This document shows positions 8,810 through 18,250 of a stretch of DNA of 64,000 nt, piece after piece. The notes under the pieces were generated by a model, which made no database searches, was not told the DNA's origin, and was given only the letters and a program-made list of their open reading frames with translations. The first letter of the stretch is position 1. Every line of letters begins with the position of its first letter. The stretch is from a virus. Taxonomy: Duplodnaviria; Heunggongvirae; Uroviricota; Caudoviricetes. The DNA is taken from positions 26,711 through 90,710 of IMG/VR virus record IMGVR_UViG_2974578326_000001; one strand, 5' to 3'. The translations under genes and the position numbers were made by a program.

Positions 8810-9350
8810 AACGCTCTAAAGTAGAAACAAGAGAGTTTCTAATACGATGCAGTCTGACATACACAAAGTTCAAAGTTATACCGTGCTTCTTAGCCACTTC
8901 TTTAGTATCTGTATTCCTAAGATATATATCTGTAAATAATTCTTTATCATCATCTTTTAGTCTATTAAATGCCATTTGAATAAACTCAGATGATTCATTA
9001 TTTAAAATATCTCTAATTGGATCTGATATACCATCATCATGACTTTCAAAATCTAGTATATTATCATATAATTCTTTATCAGGTCTATCAAACTCTTTTC
9101 TAACATATCCATAACGGACATTATTAGCTATAGTACCGATAGCACCTGTTAGCTTATCCCACTGAATTCTGTCCCAATACAACCAAATCCTAAGTAAAGT
9201 TTCTTGGGCTAAATCTTCAGCTAAATGAAAATCTCTTTCAGTGAAATAAAATTGATCCCTAAGTGGTTTCCAATACTCTAAATATAGTTCATCAAAAGAG
9301 TATCTACCTTTTTTCTTTGGTTCTGGAGCTATAACCCTCTTCGCCATCAT
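8784..9350 (-). CDS. ECF-type sigma factor-like protein
   Basis: region-2-like AEDLAQETLLRIWLYW and region-4-like HTH GITLNFVYVRLHRIRNSL. Confidence 0.55.
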   Translation of the reverse strand: MMAKRVIAPEPKKKGRYSFDELYLEYWKPLRDQFYFTERDFHLAEDLAQETLLRIWLYWDRIQWDKLTGAIGTIANNVRYGYVRKEFDRPDKELYDNILDFESHDDGISDPIRDILNNESSEFIQMAFNRLKDDDKELFTDIYLRNTDTKEVAKKHGITLNFVYVRLHRIRNSLVSTLERYDISFDAE

Positions 9351-9368
9351 AAATTCCTTTTATTTGAT

Positions 9369-9396
9369 GTGAGATAAAAGCCCCTATAAAAGGGGC
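9369..9396 (-). terminator. rho-independent terminator after SSB gene
   Basis: perfect hairpin GCCCCT-ATAAA-AGGGGC (9380-9396), T-run on minus strand. Confidence 0.55.
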
Positions 9397-9413
9397 ACCA
9401 AGGTTATAAACTA

Positions 9414-10169
9414 TTAGAAAGGTACATCATCATCAAAATCTACAGATGGCTCATCGTCAGCTGATGGTTTTGACATAGATGATTTATTGTTATTATCACC
9501 AGTTGGTTTCTGGTCATCATCACTAATAGGTTCTTTACCAGCAAAAGGAATGTTCTCTGAGTCGAATGCCTCTGCTAATAAATCTCGTTGGAATTTATAA
9601 ACCTTAGAATAAGCTTGCATCATTTCCGGAGTATCAACATATGGGTTGAATGCAACCATCTCACAACGTGCTTCACCAACTTGACTACGGAACATGTTTG
9701 GAATAGAAGATACAGAAACAACTTTATTGCGTTTTTCACCACGTTTATTGATATAATGACCTACACGAACATTAACAATTTCACCAAGTTTATCCATAAA
9801 CCACTCTAAAGTGCGAGGTACTTCTTGGATTGAAGGGTCGATACATCGGCATAAATCGTAAACATTCCCACGTTTTGCTCCTGGGAATAAAAATACATCT
9901 TGGAACTGACATGACGGACGTGGTTCAATGTCTTTTCCTACACGATCTTTATCATCCTTATATTCTTTACCTGTTGCATCAACACCAATTAATTCGTAAG
10001 CTAAAGAGCATTTGAATGCAGGGGACTTTTCTTCACCTTTGTATGGTTGTTGTTTCTGAACACCTAGTCCAATGAAACGAACGATACGTGCTGGGTAATC
10101 ACCATCAGGAATAGTATCATATACAGTGAAAGATTTAGGTTTAGAATTTGAAGGGATTTCTGTACTCAT
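9414..10169 (-). CDS. single-stranded DNA-binding protein with acidic C-terminal tail
   Basis: 251 aa ending DDEPSVDFDDDVPF (SSB-Ct DDDIPF-type tail). Confidence 0.5.
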   Translation of the reverse strand: MSTEIPSNSKPKSFTVYDTIPDGDYPARIVRFIGLGVQKQQPYKGEEKSPAFKCSLAYELIGVDATGKEYKDDKDRVGKDIEPRPSCQFQDVFLFPGAKRGNVYDLCRCIDPSIQEVPRTLEWFMDKLGEIVNVRVGHYINKRGEKRNKVVSVSSIPNMFRSQVGEARCEMVAFNPYVDTPEMMQAYSKVYKFQRDLLAEAFDSENIPFAGKEPISDDDQKPTGDNNNKSSMSKPSADDEPSVDFDDDVPF

Positions 10170-10244
10170 ATTATATTACCTCATTAAATTAAGCTCGTAA
10201 GGAAACATATCTCAAAGTGAGGGTTTCCTCGTTTACATTATATA

Positions 10245-10706
10245 TTAGCTAACTTTTTCGTGAATACTTACACCTTTATTAGTAAATATTTCACCTAAAG
10301 TCATGCCATCAAAATATCTGAAATTTTTATCATTATCGTCAAATACATTTCTATGATCTGATAAACATCCACCAAACATTTTCCAATAGTGATAATCTAT
10401 ACTACTTCTACATGATAATACTCTGTTCATAAAAGCATATACATGTCTATCACTATAAACTCTACCATGTATAACTTCTGATTTGTTATTAACAAACCTC
10501 TGTATTGAATTAAAATTAATTCTAGGGAGTGTAAATAAACAATAGAAAATAGCAGTAAATGAAGAAGGTTTACTATATCCTATTCTAGAAGAGGATTCTA
10601 TACAATTTCTTATCCATTTAGGACAATCATAATACTCTTCTATTCCCATAAGATTAAAAAGATTTATGATATCAGAGTTATCAATATCTGTAGATTTTCT
10701 TGCCAT
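10245..10706 (-). CDS. hypothetical protein
   Basis: 153 aa; start codon immediately preceded by conserved motif copy 2. Confidence 0.4.
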   Translation of the reverse strand: MARKSTDIDNSDIINLFNLMGIEEYYDCPKWIRNCIESSSRIGYSKPSSFTAIFYCLFTLPRINFNSIQRFVNNKSEVIHGRVYSDRHVYAFMNRVLSCRSSIDYHYWKMFGGCLSDHRNVFDDNDKNFRYFDGMTLGEIFTNKGVSIHEKVS

Positions 10707-10713
10707 ATAATAC

Positions 10714-10748
10714 CTTATATATTATGTGCAATAATTATTTGTAGTTTT
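10714..10748 (-). promoter_or_regulatory. copy 2 of conserved promoter/operator-like motif
   Basis: ccttatatattatgtgcaataattatttgtagtttt; includes RBS and ATG of downstream ORF. Confidence 0.5.
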
Positions 10749-10962
10749 ATGGATTTTTTATAGTAGAATCTTTTATGATATAGACTTCTTCGTCTTCATC
10801 AAAACTATATAAATACCCATTTTCCATACACACTGCATTCATTTCACATTTCATATTTGAAAAGGGTGAAGGTTTTACTTTTGAGAAAATAAAACCATCT
10901 ATATTATAAAAACAATTTGAATGCGGTATATTTTTAAATTTTGTCAAATCATCCTTGAACAT
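10747..10962 (-). CDS. hypothetical protein
   Basis: 71-aa ORF. Confidence 0.35.
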   Translation of the reverse strand: MFKDDLTKFKNIPHSNCFYNIDGFIFSKVKPSPFSNMKCEMNAVCMENGYLYSFDEDEEVYIIKDSTIKNP

Positions 10963-10967
10963 ATATT

Positions 10968-11004
10968 ATTCCCAAATAAAAAGCCCCTATAAAAGAGGCT
11001 TTAT
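10968..11004 (-). terminator. rho-independent terminator after endolysin gene
   Basis: hairpin AAAGCCCCTATAAAAGAGGCTTT flanked by T-runs on both strands; shares 20 nt with the 9380 terminator. Confidence 0.5.
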
Positions 11005-11006
11005 TT

Positions 11007-11399
11007 TTAGATAAGTTCAAAATGTGGCATATCAAGTTTTTTGTTATAAATCCAACCATCTACTTTATTTGACCATGTACCACCCCATCGAATTGGAATA
11101 TTTAATTCCTCAGAAGCTTTAAACATAGCGATAGCCATTTTTTCAAACCTTGCTCTGTCTTTCCAGTCTATTGGATAGGGAACCATATCAATAGCATTAC
11201 CAGTTATGTGTTTAGAGTTCATTGTCCATGAAACCCCTTTATTAACATATTCCTTTTGCTTTTCAATAGTCCTGATACCTTCTGTTATAGTAACATCAAA
11301 TGGCATATATTCAAATGACTTTAATACAACTTTCTGTAATTTCTCATTAACAGAAGACAACCTTTCCTTTCCAGTGTTACTTAGTTTTACATTAGACAT
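11007..11399 (-). CDS. endolysin, peptidase M15 L-alanyl-D-glutamate peptidase (T5 Lys-like)
   Basis: 130 aa; collinear with T5 lysin; zinc-site motif SKHITGNAIDM. Confidence 0.8.
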   Translation of the reverse strand: MSNVKLSNTGKERLSSVNEKLQKVVLKSFEYMPFDVTITEGIRTIEKQKEYVNKGVSWTMNSKHITGNAIDMVPYPIDWKDRARFEKMAIAMFKASEELNIPIRWGGTWSNKVDGWIYNKKLDMPHFELI

Positions 11400-11449
11400 A
11401 ATACCTCCTATAAGTTATAAGATATTATAGTGGTAACTAATGTCTTTAC

Positions 11450-11701
11450 TTACCGTTTACGTTCTCTTAGAATTTTAAATGTATCACCGTCCTCTTCTAT
11501 AAGAGTAACTTTATACATATAAACACTTTCAAAGATTGTATTTCTTTTCAAGACACCCATAGCAAGTCTAGCTTCTTTACGAGTTGGACGTCTTATTACT
11601 GAAGCTGTTGAAAATGGATCAATTTTTAGATTAGGAATATTTTTTAGTCTAGATTCTACTTCCCACCAAGTTTTCATATTACTCTCCAAAGAATAAATCA
11701 A
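11450..11701 (-). CDS. hypothetical protein
   Basis: 83-aa ORF. Confidence 0.35.
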   Translation of the reverse strand: MIYSLESNMKTWWEVESRLKNIPNLKIDPFSTASVIRRPTRKEARLAMGVLKRNTIFESVYMYKVTLIEEDGDTFKILRERKR

Positions 11702-11771
11702 AAAGAAAAAAGATTACTGTAGCACCAGCTCCTATTAGGAACCATATATTGGGATCACCCATAATTAATCC

Positions 11772-12170
11772 TTAATATTTACCGCTAACTTTAAAATCCT
11801 CATAGTATTTGTATTTTCCTGTTTTATCAGAAAACTCTGAATCTTCATTGTTAGCTTCACACCCTAATTTGAAACCACACAAATCTCTATAAGATACAAT
11901 GGTTTCTGGGCTATCATCCATCCACACATCAGGAACCCATCCAATTGCTTCTGCAATGTGTGCTTTCTGTTTTCCTGAGCAATATATTACCTCTATACCT
12001 AATTCTTTTAAATCGGGTTCTAGGTCGTGTTCATTACCCTCTGGAAATCTATAAGTAAAAATCCTAACATCCCATTCAAATGATTTCATCAGGAATATGA
12101 TTTCTTTCCACTTATCACGATCAAGAGTGTACGTGTTATCATAATCTACTGCTATCTTTACAGTTTTCAT
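11772..12170 (-). CDS. HAD-superfamily phosphatase-like protein (possible 3'-phosphatase/5'-nucleotidase)
   Basis: motif I DxDxT (AVDYDNTYT) and DD motif (VWMDDS), resembling the T4 Pnkp phosphatase domain. Confidence 0.4.
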   Translation of the reverse strand: MKTVKIAVDYDNTYTLDRDKWKEIIFLMKSFEWDVRIFTYRFPEGNEHDLEPDLKELGIEVIYCSGKQKAHIAEAIGWVPDVWMDDSPETIVSYRDLCGFKLGCEANNEDSEFSDKTGKYKYYEDFKVSGKY

Positions 12171-12592
12171 TTTACAACCTCAAAAGGTATCTCCGTTGTA
12201 ATATAGATATTTTCAGGTAGGACTGATTGGATATTCCCAATAATCCTATGAAAACCTTTATCAGAGAAAGATTCTTTATTATTTTGTATGATATCTAATA
12301 AAATGTCATAGTCTGGGTTTTTACTTCCAACACTTCTTTTAATATTAATAGATAACTCTTCAAGACCATATGAATCACTCCATAACCCATTTATATAGAA
12401 AGTAAGTCCAACTATTTTGTCAAATAGATCTTGATTATCCTCAAAATATTCCTTATCATTTTCTTTGAAAGTATAATATGTGTAATAATAAAAAGTACTA
12501 TACTTCCTATGTTCTTTTTCTTCATTATCTATACCAAGCTCTAGAACAATATCTTTAATAAACTCAATATCTTTATCAGTGAATTTAATCAT
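12167..12592 (-). CDS. hypothetical protein
   Basis: 141-aa ORF. Confidence 0.4.
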   Translation of the reverse strand: MIKFTDKDIEFIKDIVLELGIDNEEKEHRKYSTFYYYTYYTFKENDKEYFEDNQDLFDKIVGLTFYINGLWSDSYGLEELSINIKRSVGSKNPDYDILLDIIQNNKESFSDKGFHRIIGNIQSVLPENIYITTEIPFEVVK

Positions 12593-12618
12593 TACTTAAT
12601 TATATCCTATTAGATTTA

Positions 12619-12906
12619 TTATTTTAAACTAAAAGATAACATTAAAATACCTACTGGAAGTATATCAAACATTAATTCATCATCTTTTGCTCTATATCTT
12701 AAAGATTCAATAACCACTTTTCTTTCAAATGGATCTTCAGGTAATCTATCTTTAATACTAAGGGTTGAATGTGTTTTACATTTCTTAGAATTTTCTTCTA
12801 ATTTAGTTACTAATTCATCATATAATGAACTTGATAATTCAACTAATTCTTTTTTCTTTATTAAATAATTATTTTTATAATTCTCTCTTAATCTATCAAT
12901 CAGCAT
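12619..12906 (-). CDS. hypothetical protein
   Basis: 95-aa ORF. Confidence 0.35.
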   Translation of the reverse strand: MLIDRLRENYKNNYLIKKKELVELSSSLYDELVTKLEENSKKCKTHSTLSIKDRLPEDPFERKVVIESLRYRAKDDELMFDILPVGILMLSFSLK

Positions 12907-12909
12907 TAG

Positions 12910-13422
12910 TTATTTCCTATAAATATTAACATCATAAGAGTCTTCAAAAATCGTTTTAATATTCTTTTCAACTTCTTTCCAATTACCACCAGCTAAACCG
13001 CAACCGATTAATGGAAAACCAATCTTATAACCAATATTAGCTAAACCTCTGTCATCCAGTTCGTTTGCCATTCTAACAAGTCCTACAGTCAAGTATGATA
13101 ACTGGGTTCCATAATCTTCATGCCAATATCTATAATCTAGTTGACCGTAAATATTGAATACAAACTTATTCTTTTCTTTTTCAAAGAAAGAACAATGTCC
13201 AAGTCGATCTTTACCTTTTTCTTTTGAATATTCAGAATCAGATTTAAAAGCCTCTGGAATATCCCTCTTTAGTTGTTTAGCAAAACCAGAACCCATCACA
13301 TTATAGCAATTCGCTTGGTGTGCAATACAATCTACCTCACCGTCTATAAAGGCTTTTATTAGATCACCTTTTATATATTTAATCATACTACACCACCAAA
13401 TGATCTTCCTATGTTTCCGCAC
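12910..13422 (-). CDS. macro domain (ADP-ribose binding/processing) protein
   Basis: IKGDLIKA..VDCIAHQANCYNVMGSGFAKQ and GFPLIGCGLAGG match macro-domain signature. Confidence 0.7.
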   Translation of the reverse strand: MRKHRKIIWWCSMIKYIKGDLIKAFIDGEVDCIAHQANCYNVMGSGFAKQLKRDIPEAFKSDSEYSKEKGKDRLGHCSFFEKEKNKFVFNIYGQLDYRYWHEDYGTQLSYLTVGLVRMANELDDRGLANIGYKIGFPLIGCGLAGGNWKEVEKNIKTIFEDSYDVNIYRK

Positions 13423-13688
13423 AGATTGAACTCTCTAACTTCATACATATATTTACACTCGTCTTTAATCATTTCATCTATGAACGATAATGCAGTGTAT
13501 ACTGTTGGAAACAATTCCACAGTACCACTTTTATTAAAACTACAAAGTGTAAGTGGATCTTCACTCTTTACAACGATGTACCTAATCACACGAACCTCCA
13601 CTGTCACTTGACCCGCTATCATAACTAGAGTAATTATCATCAGTACTAGTTGAGTCAGAGTGATGCCTTGTGAAAGGTTCGTCATCAA
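13383..13688 (-). CDS. hypothetical protein
   Basis: 101-aa ORF. Confidence 0.3.
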   Translation of the reverse strand: MMTNLSQGITLTQLVLMIITLVMIAGQVTVEVRVIRYIVVKSEDPLTLCSFNKSGTVELFPTVYTALSFIDEMIKDECKYMYEVREFNLCGNIGRSFGGVV

Positions 13689-13839
13689 TCAAACCAGTTG
13701 ATAACATCTTATTTATCTGTCCACCAAATCCAGAATGATACTCTGAGAGGGCGTCTCTTCGACGCCTCCTTAACTGTTCTTCATTAGTTATATTTCTTTT
13801 CATTTCAAATAACCTATAAACTAGTGGGTATCCAACCAA
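13582..13839 (-). CDS. hypothetical Ser/Asp-rich protein
   Basis: 85 aa, low-complexity tail. Confidence 0.3.
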   Translation of the reverse strand: MVGYPLVYRLFEMKRNITNEEQLRRRRRDALSEYHSGFGGQINKMLSTGLIDDEPFTRHHSDSTSTDDNYSSYDSGSSDSGGSCD

Positions 13840-15659
13840 CTTCCACCTAACATAGAATCAGATGCTAGTGGGCATTCCATATTTAAATAAACCCCAGCTC
13901 TCGCCACACAAGAGTCGATGTTCTTCCTTAACTGATCAACATCTTCCCATTTAACTGTGAACTGGAATTCGTCGTGCATCATGATGACCTGATTAGCATC
14001 TAGATTATCACGATCATTCCAACCATGTAAGAAGCACATAGCCACTTTCATTGTAATAGAACCAGCCGCCTGTAGTAAAGTATTAAGAGCTTTGTGAGCC
14101 ATTACGTTTCCGTTAGAATCACGTCTCATAATTAACTTTCTACCATCAATTGCAGGAACATAACCATTAGCTTTAGCAAAATCTTGAACCCAATCAATAA
14201 GAACAGGGATACAAGGACACTCTCTTAGGAAAGTTTCTCTTAGTTTTGCACCTTCCTCTTTACCGCCTCCTAATTGACCACCTAGATTTGCATCACCTGC
14301 TCCATATAGGAATGCGTAGATAAACGTTTTAGCTGATTTCCGTGTAGGCAGACCTGCAAGACGCTGATTGTGGCTATGGATGTCACCTGTAAGTAATACT
14401 TCTCTGTACTCAAGTGCCGAATCAAGTGCTTTTTGATAGTAAATAATCTTATCTTTGTTACCTGATTTAGTGGCTTCCTCTAATAGCATCTTAGATACAG
14501 CAATTAAGTAATGTGTTAACATCCTTAATTCTAAACCAGCACCATCACCACCAACGAATGCATCATGGTTTTTTCTAACTAATACAGAACATCTATGTAA
14601 TTCATCATCCCATTTGTTCTTTTTACTGTCAAATTCAACATAATAGTTTGTATATCCTACACGTTTGAACTTACCAGTTTTAACCATTTCATCAGTTAAT
14701 TTCTTAACTACATGGGCAGATGCACCTTCTCTTCTGTTACCAATAAACAGACTACGACATTCTTCACCAAAAGGAGCACCAGCTGCTGGAATATTGACAA
14801 TTATCTTATGTCTCATCCTGGCTGTTGGTGTTGCACATGGGTTAGCCTCTCCAGATAATTTACCATCAGGTCTAACGTTCTCTATCAAACCAATAATAAG
14901 AGATCTTCTATGTGCCCAAACCATACGTTCTTTCAGTAATGTTAAAGCCCTTGAATCCTCTTCATCCAGAGAATCAAAAGAATCTTCTGTTATCTTAGGA
15001 GAAGTAGGCCAATCAGTTGTTAACAGTAGTTTTTTCTTTATTTGATCAAAAGTAGGTGTACGTCTCATATCAAAACCAAGAGCATATAAAATAGCTCTCA
15101 TATAATTTTTTGACTTACCTCTAAAATTTGAATCAATAAATGACATAACTTCTTCATCATAATACTTAGCTTCTTCATAAGTACAATGATCTCTAAGAAA
15201 TGTCCTATAAGAACAACTATTTAGTTTGTTTTTATATTTCCATGGATTAAAATCTTTTCTTTTGGTATTCCATTCAGTTGGAATCCAACCAAGATCTAAC
15301 ATTACAGATTTAACCCTTGCAGATTTAGACGGATCAAAAGGAGTAAACCATACACCAGAGAAAGGCCCACCAATGACATCCTCTGATAAATTGTGATTGT
15401 CCATATACCTTTGAACAAAAGCTTTCGGTTTCCCATTCATTTTGAAAGGTGCGTTATAAGTACTACCTTTATGCAACATAACGGGTAACATTGGAATTAA
15501 TTCAATATCTATTTTTAATATTTTTTCTGTTAGAACATGAACGAACCATTTTGCCTTTCTTTCATCAAAATTACAACCATGTTTTGCTTGATTACTAATA
15601 ATATATGAAACTTTTTGTTCCAAGAGAAATGGTTCTTTCCAATCACATGTAATATTCAT
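13821..15659 (-). CDS. DNA polymerase, family A polymerase domain only (T7 gp5-like, exo domain absent)
   Basis: motif B RKSAKTFIYAFLYGAG, motif C MMHDEFQF; collinear with T7 gp5 residues ~190-704. Confidence 0.85.
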   Translation of the reverse strand: MNITCDWKEPFLLEQKVSYIISNQAKHGCNFDERKAKWFVHVLTEKILKIDIELIPMLPVMLHKGSTYNAPFKMNGKPKAFVQRYMDNHNLSEDVIGGPFSGVWFTPFDPSKSARVKSVMLDLGWIPTEWNTKRKDFNPWKYKNKLNSCSYRTFLRDHCTYEEAKYYDEEVMSFIDSNFRGKSKNYMRAILYALGFDMRRTPTFDQIKKKLLLTTDWPTSPKITEDSFDSLDEEDSRALTLLKERMVWAHRRSLIIGLIENVRPDGKLSGEANPCATPTARMRHKIIVNIPAAGAPFGEECRSLFIGNRREGASAHVVKKLTDEMVKTGKFKRVGYTNYYVEFDSKKNKWDDELHRCSVLVRKNHDAFVGGDGAGLELRMLTHYLIAVSKMLLEEATKSGNKDKIIYYQKALDSALEYREVLLTGDIHSHNQRLAGLPTRKSAKTFIYAFLYGAGDANLGGQLGGGKEEGAKLRETFLRECPCIPVLIDWVQDFAKANGYVPAIDGRKLIMRRDSNGNVMAHKALNTLLQAAGSITMKVAMCFLHGWNDRDNLDANQVIMMHDEFQFTVKWEDVDQLRKNIDSCVARAGVYLNMECPLASDSMLGGSWLDTH

Positions 15660-15744
15660 TATCTTCTCCTAAGTCGTACACCTGAATTAACAGTTTAGGC
15701 ATCCAGCCACATTAAGTCGTACTTGTATGTAGTATTTAAACATA

Positions 15745-15930
15745 TTAACTTCTATAGTATTTGCATTTTTGTATTTGATCAGAGTTTAATCTATTTACGC
15801 ATTTATCACAATATGGGAAATATCCATCTGGGGAGTTCCCACTAGTTTTAAAACTTGTAGATTTTAACTTCATCTCATTACAATTTTTACATCTTTTAAA
15901 TCTAAAACTGTTTAACATAAATGACCCCAT
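15745..15930 (-). CDS. small zinc-finger protein
   Basis: CKNC ... CDKC. Confidence 0.4.
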   Translation of the reverse strand: MGSFMLNSFRFKRCKNCNEMKLKSTSFKTSGNSPDGYFPYCDKCVNRLNSDQIQKCKYYRS

Positions 15931-16178
15931 TTAATCAGTTTATTACTTACATAATCACGAACCATAATATTAGTTTTACGGGTCATTTGTAATGTTTGTG
16001 TTAAACCTAAAACTTTAGAAAGTCGATAACCAATAGTGCCATATTTTTGATTATCTCCTGATAAAATTGCCTCTAAATAATCTGGCAATTCAGTATCCAG
16101 AACAGTAATTATTTGAGTATCTACATAATCACCATCTGTTGTATAATCTCTACTATAAATTGTAACTAATTTAGACAT
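15912..16178 (-). CDS. hypothetical protein
   Basis: 88-aa ORF. Confidence 0.35.
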   Translation of the reverse strand: MSKLVTIYSRDYTTDGDYVDTQIITVLDTELPDYLEAILSGDNQKYGTIGYRLSKVLGLTQTLQMTRKTNIMVRDYVSNKLIKWGHLC

Positions 16179-16193
16179 ATTATATTCCCTTAT

Positions 16194-16415
16194 TTAAAAT
16201 GGTTCTGATACTGTTACATCTTCGTAATAGAACTCCCGATCATCACGAGTTATGTCATTTTCTCCACTGAATCTCCACCTTATTGCTTCTTCTATTGCTT
16301 TTTCTTTTGAATCTGATTTTACTGATAAAGTTGTCGTCCCTCTAACATATCCAGAGAAAGGGATTCTTACCATAAAGTTTTTCATATTAAAAATCATCCA
16401 TAACATAAATTTCAA
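16194..16415 (-). CDS. hypothetical protein
   Basis: 73-aa ORF. Confidence 0.35.
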   Translation of the reverse strand: MKFMLWMIFNMKNFMVRIPFSGYVRGTTTLSVKSDSKEKAIEEAIRWRFSGENDITRDDREFYYEDVTVSEPF

Positions 16416-16632
16416 CAGCTTCTGGATTGTCAGAGAATAATTTATTCATAACTAAATCCAATTTATCTCCATATTTCTGATCATTATAGATAATACAATA
16501 TCCTGTCCCATCTTCTCCGTGGATTCCATGATTTGATAGAAGATCACATGTTTCATTCCAACCAACACCAATCTCTTCACCAATCTTCGATAAATCAGAG
16601 TTTAACATTACATACTCTTTCTTAATAATCAT
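16387..16632 (-). CDS. hypothetical protein
   Basis: 81-aa ORF. Confidence 0.35.
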   Translation of the reverse strand: MIIKKEYVMLNSDLSKIGEEIGVGWNETCDLLSNHGIHGEDGTGYCIIYNDQKYGDKLDLVMNKLFSDNPEAVEIYVMDDF

Positions 16633-16859
16633 TAAGATCTTACCTCTCGTGTCATCATCATGTGATCTAATGTTGCAAATGCGTTTTCAACATCTTTTTT
16701 AAATACTTGATCTTTTGATAAAGCTATGATACCTTTACCATCAAATCGGATTATAAGCTTATCATACTCAATGTAATATGATCCAACAGTATTTAAATCA
16801 ATACTAACGAAAGCTCCAAGTTTTACACGATTTACAATATTATTTGACATAATTTTCAA
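16632..16859 (-). CDS. hypothetical protein
   Basis: 75-aa ORF. Confidence 0.35.
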   Translation of the reverse strand: MKIMSNNIVNRVKLGAFVSIDLNTVGSYYIEYDKLIIRFDGKGIIALSKDQVFKKDVENAFATLDHMMMTREVRS

Positions 16860-17055
16860 CCATCATCTTTTTTAGTTTATTAAAATCATTTTCATCAAAA
16901 ACACTTTCATTTTCAATAGTTTCTGATAAAGCTGGATAGAAGTGCCTGAACATTAAGTACAAAGCATCTCCATTATTTAGAAATTTATAAGTCTTAACTT
17001 CTTTTCTAGCTTCTTTTATCAAGAAGTTAATTTCCCTTTTACTTAAAGTACCCAC
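16840..17055 (-). CDS. hypothetical protein
   Basis: 71-aa ORF. Confidence 0.35.
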   Translation of the reverse strand: MGTLSKREINFLIKEARKEVKTYKFLNNGDALYLMFRHFYPALSETIENESVFDENDFNKLKKMMVENYVK

Positions 17056-17536
17056 TGTTACCTCTGATAAATTCTAACAAATCTTTACGAGACATTTCAT
17101 CCAAATCAACAGGGCTTACAAGTTCAAACCCATTAAATTTCTTTGATTCCTTTTTACCTTGGACATCATTATCTCCAATCAAGAAGTATTTTACATTATC
17201 CTTATTCGGCAATAAGTCTTTAACATGTTTTGGGAGGTTTACACCAAGTGCAGCAATAGCTACAAAACCAATATTATGGAGTGCTACTGCTTTAAACACA
17301 GACTCTGCTATGAAGCATATACCATTATATCCAACAGGAACTGTCTCCCATCCCCAAAAAGCATAAGATGTGGAGTGTGTAATGTATTTTCTTTTACTTG
17401 TTGGTTTATAAGATTGCTCACCTAGAAATCTGCCAGTGTTAGGGCAATATAAGGGCACAGTAAGTGTGTCATCAGACATCCAGCAATGGTATTCATCTGG
17501 ATTAAATCCACGAGAAATTAGGTGCTCTTTAAACAT
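17039..17536 (-). CDS. TOPRIM-domain protein (primase-related)
   Basis: conserved Glu (ICFIAESVF) and DxD (LIGDNDVQG) of TOPRIM fold, like the T7 gp4 RNA-polymerase domain. Confidence 0.4.
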   Translation of the reverse strand: MFKEHLISRGFNPDEYHCWMSDDTLTVPLYCPNTGRFLGEQSYKPTSKRKYITHSTSYAFWGWETVPVGYNGICFIAESVFKAVALHNIGFVAIAALGVNLPKHVKDLLPNKDNVKYFLIGDNDVQGKKESKKFNGFELVSPVDLDEMSRKDLLEFIRGNSGYFK

Positions 17537-17841
17537 AATTTATACCTTTTATTAGAAATAGAAGATTGTATAATATTTCTTATACTCTGATTATTAACCC
17601 TTTTGATATAAAACTCCAAAGATTGTAGCTTTATCTCTCTATCTTCGAAGAATAGTATAATATTTAATACATCTTTTACCTCTGGATATAACACCTTTAC
17701 ATTTCTAAACCTATCGAGAACCTTTATAGATCTATTGTGATTTTCAAATATCATATCAAATATTGATCTTAATAGTTCTTGTTCTTGTAGAGACAGTTTT
17801 CTATTATACATCATAATCAATCTTACATCCACAATATCCAC
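17518..17841 (-). CDS. hypothetical protein
   Basis: 107-aa ORF. Confidence 0.35.
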   Translation of the reverse strand: MDIVDVRLIMMYNRKLSLQEQELLRSIFDMIFENHNRSIKVLDRFRNVKVLYPEVKDVLNIILFFEDREIKLQSLEFYIKRVNNQSIRNIIQSSISNKRYKLCLKST

Positions 17842-18208
17842 TGTTAATTATATCATTAACAAATCTAGTAGGGAGTACTTTAAAGTTATTAAAGATCTTT
17901 GATTTATCTTTATTATTTTTAAAATTATTCAAATCAACGTAGAAATCACTAAGATTATCTTTAAAGATATACTCTTCTCCGCAAAAAACTCCCTCAAAAT
18001 TCGGTAGATATTTTTTATCATAACAAAATACATCATTATCAAGATCAAGAACGTCCTCAGAGTGTGTCATAAAGAAGCACCACCTATAAAACAAAGGTAA
18101 GCTTTCGTCAGAGATGATATCATCAAAGGATTTTCTAATCGTTTCTCGAATAGTCAATAATTCTTTCTCTTTATTCTTTAATAATTCTATCAACAAATCT
18201 AGTTTCAA
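17804..18208 (-). CDS. hypothetical protein
   Basis: 134-aa ORF. Confidence 0.35.
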   Translation of the reverse strand: MKLDLLIELLKNKEKELLTIRETIRKSFDDIISDESLPLFYRWCFFMTHSEDVLDLDNDVFCYDKKYLPNFEGVFCGEEYIFKDNLSDFYVDLNNFKNNKDKSKIFNNFKVLPTRFVNDIINSGYCGCKIDYDV

Positions 18209-18250
18209 AGTATGTTCCTTAGATATAAGAAAGGGAAGCCGAAGCCTCCC

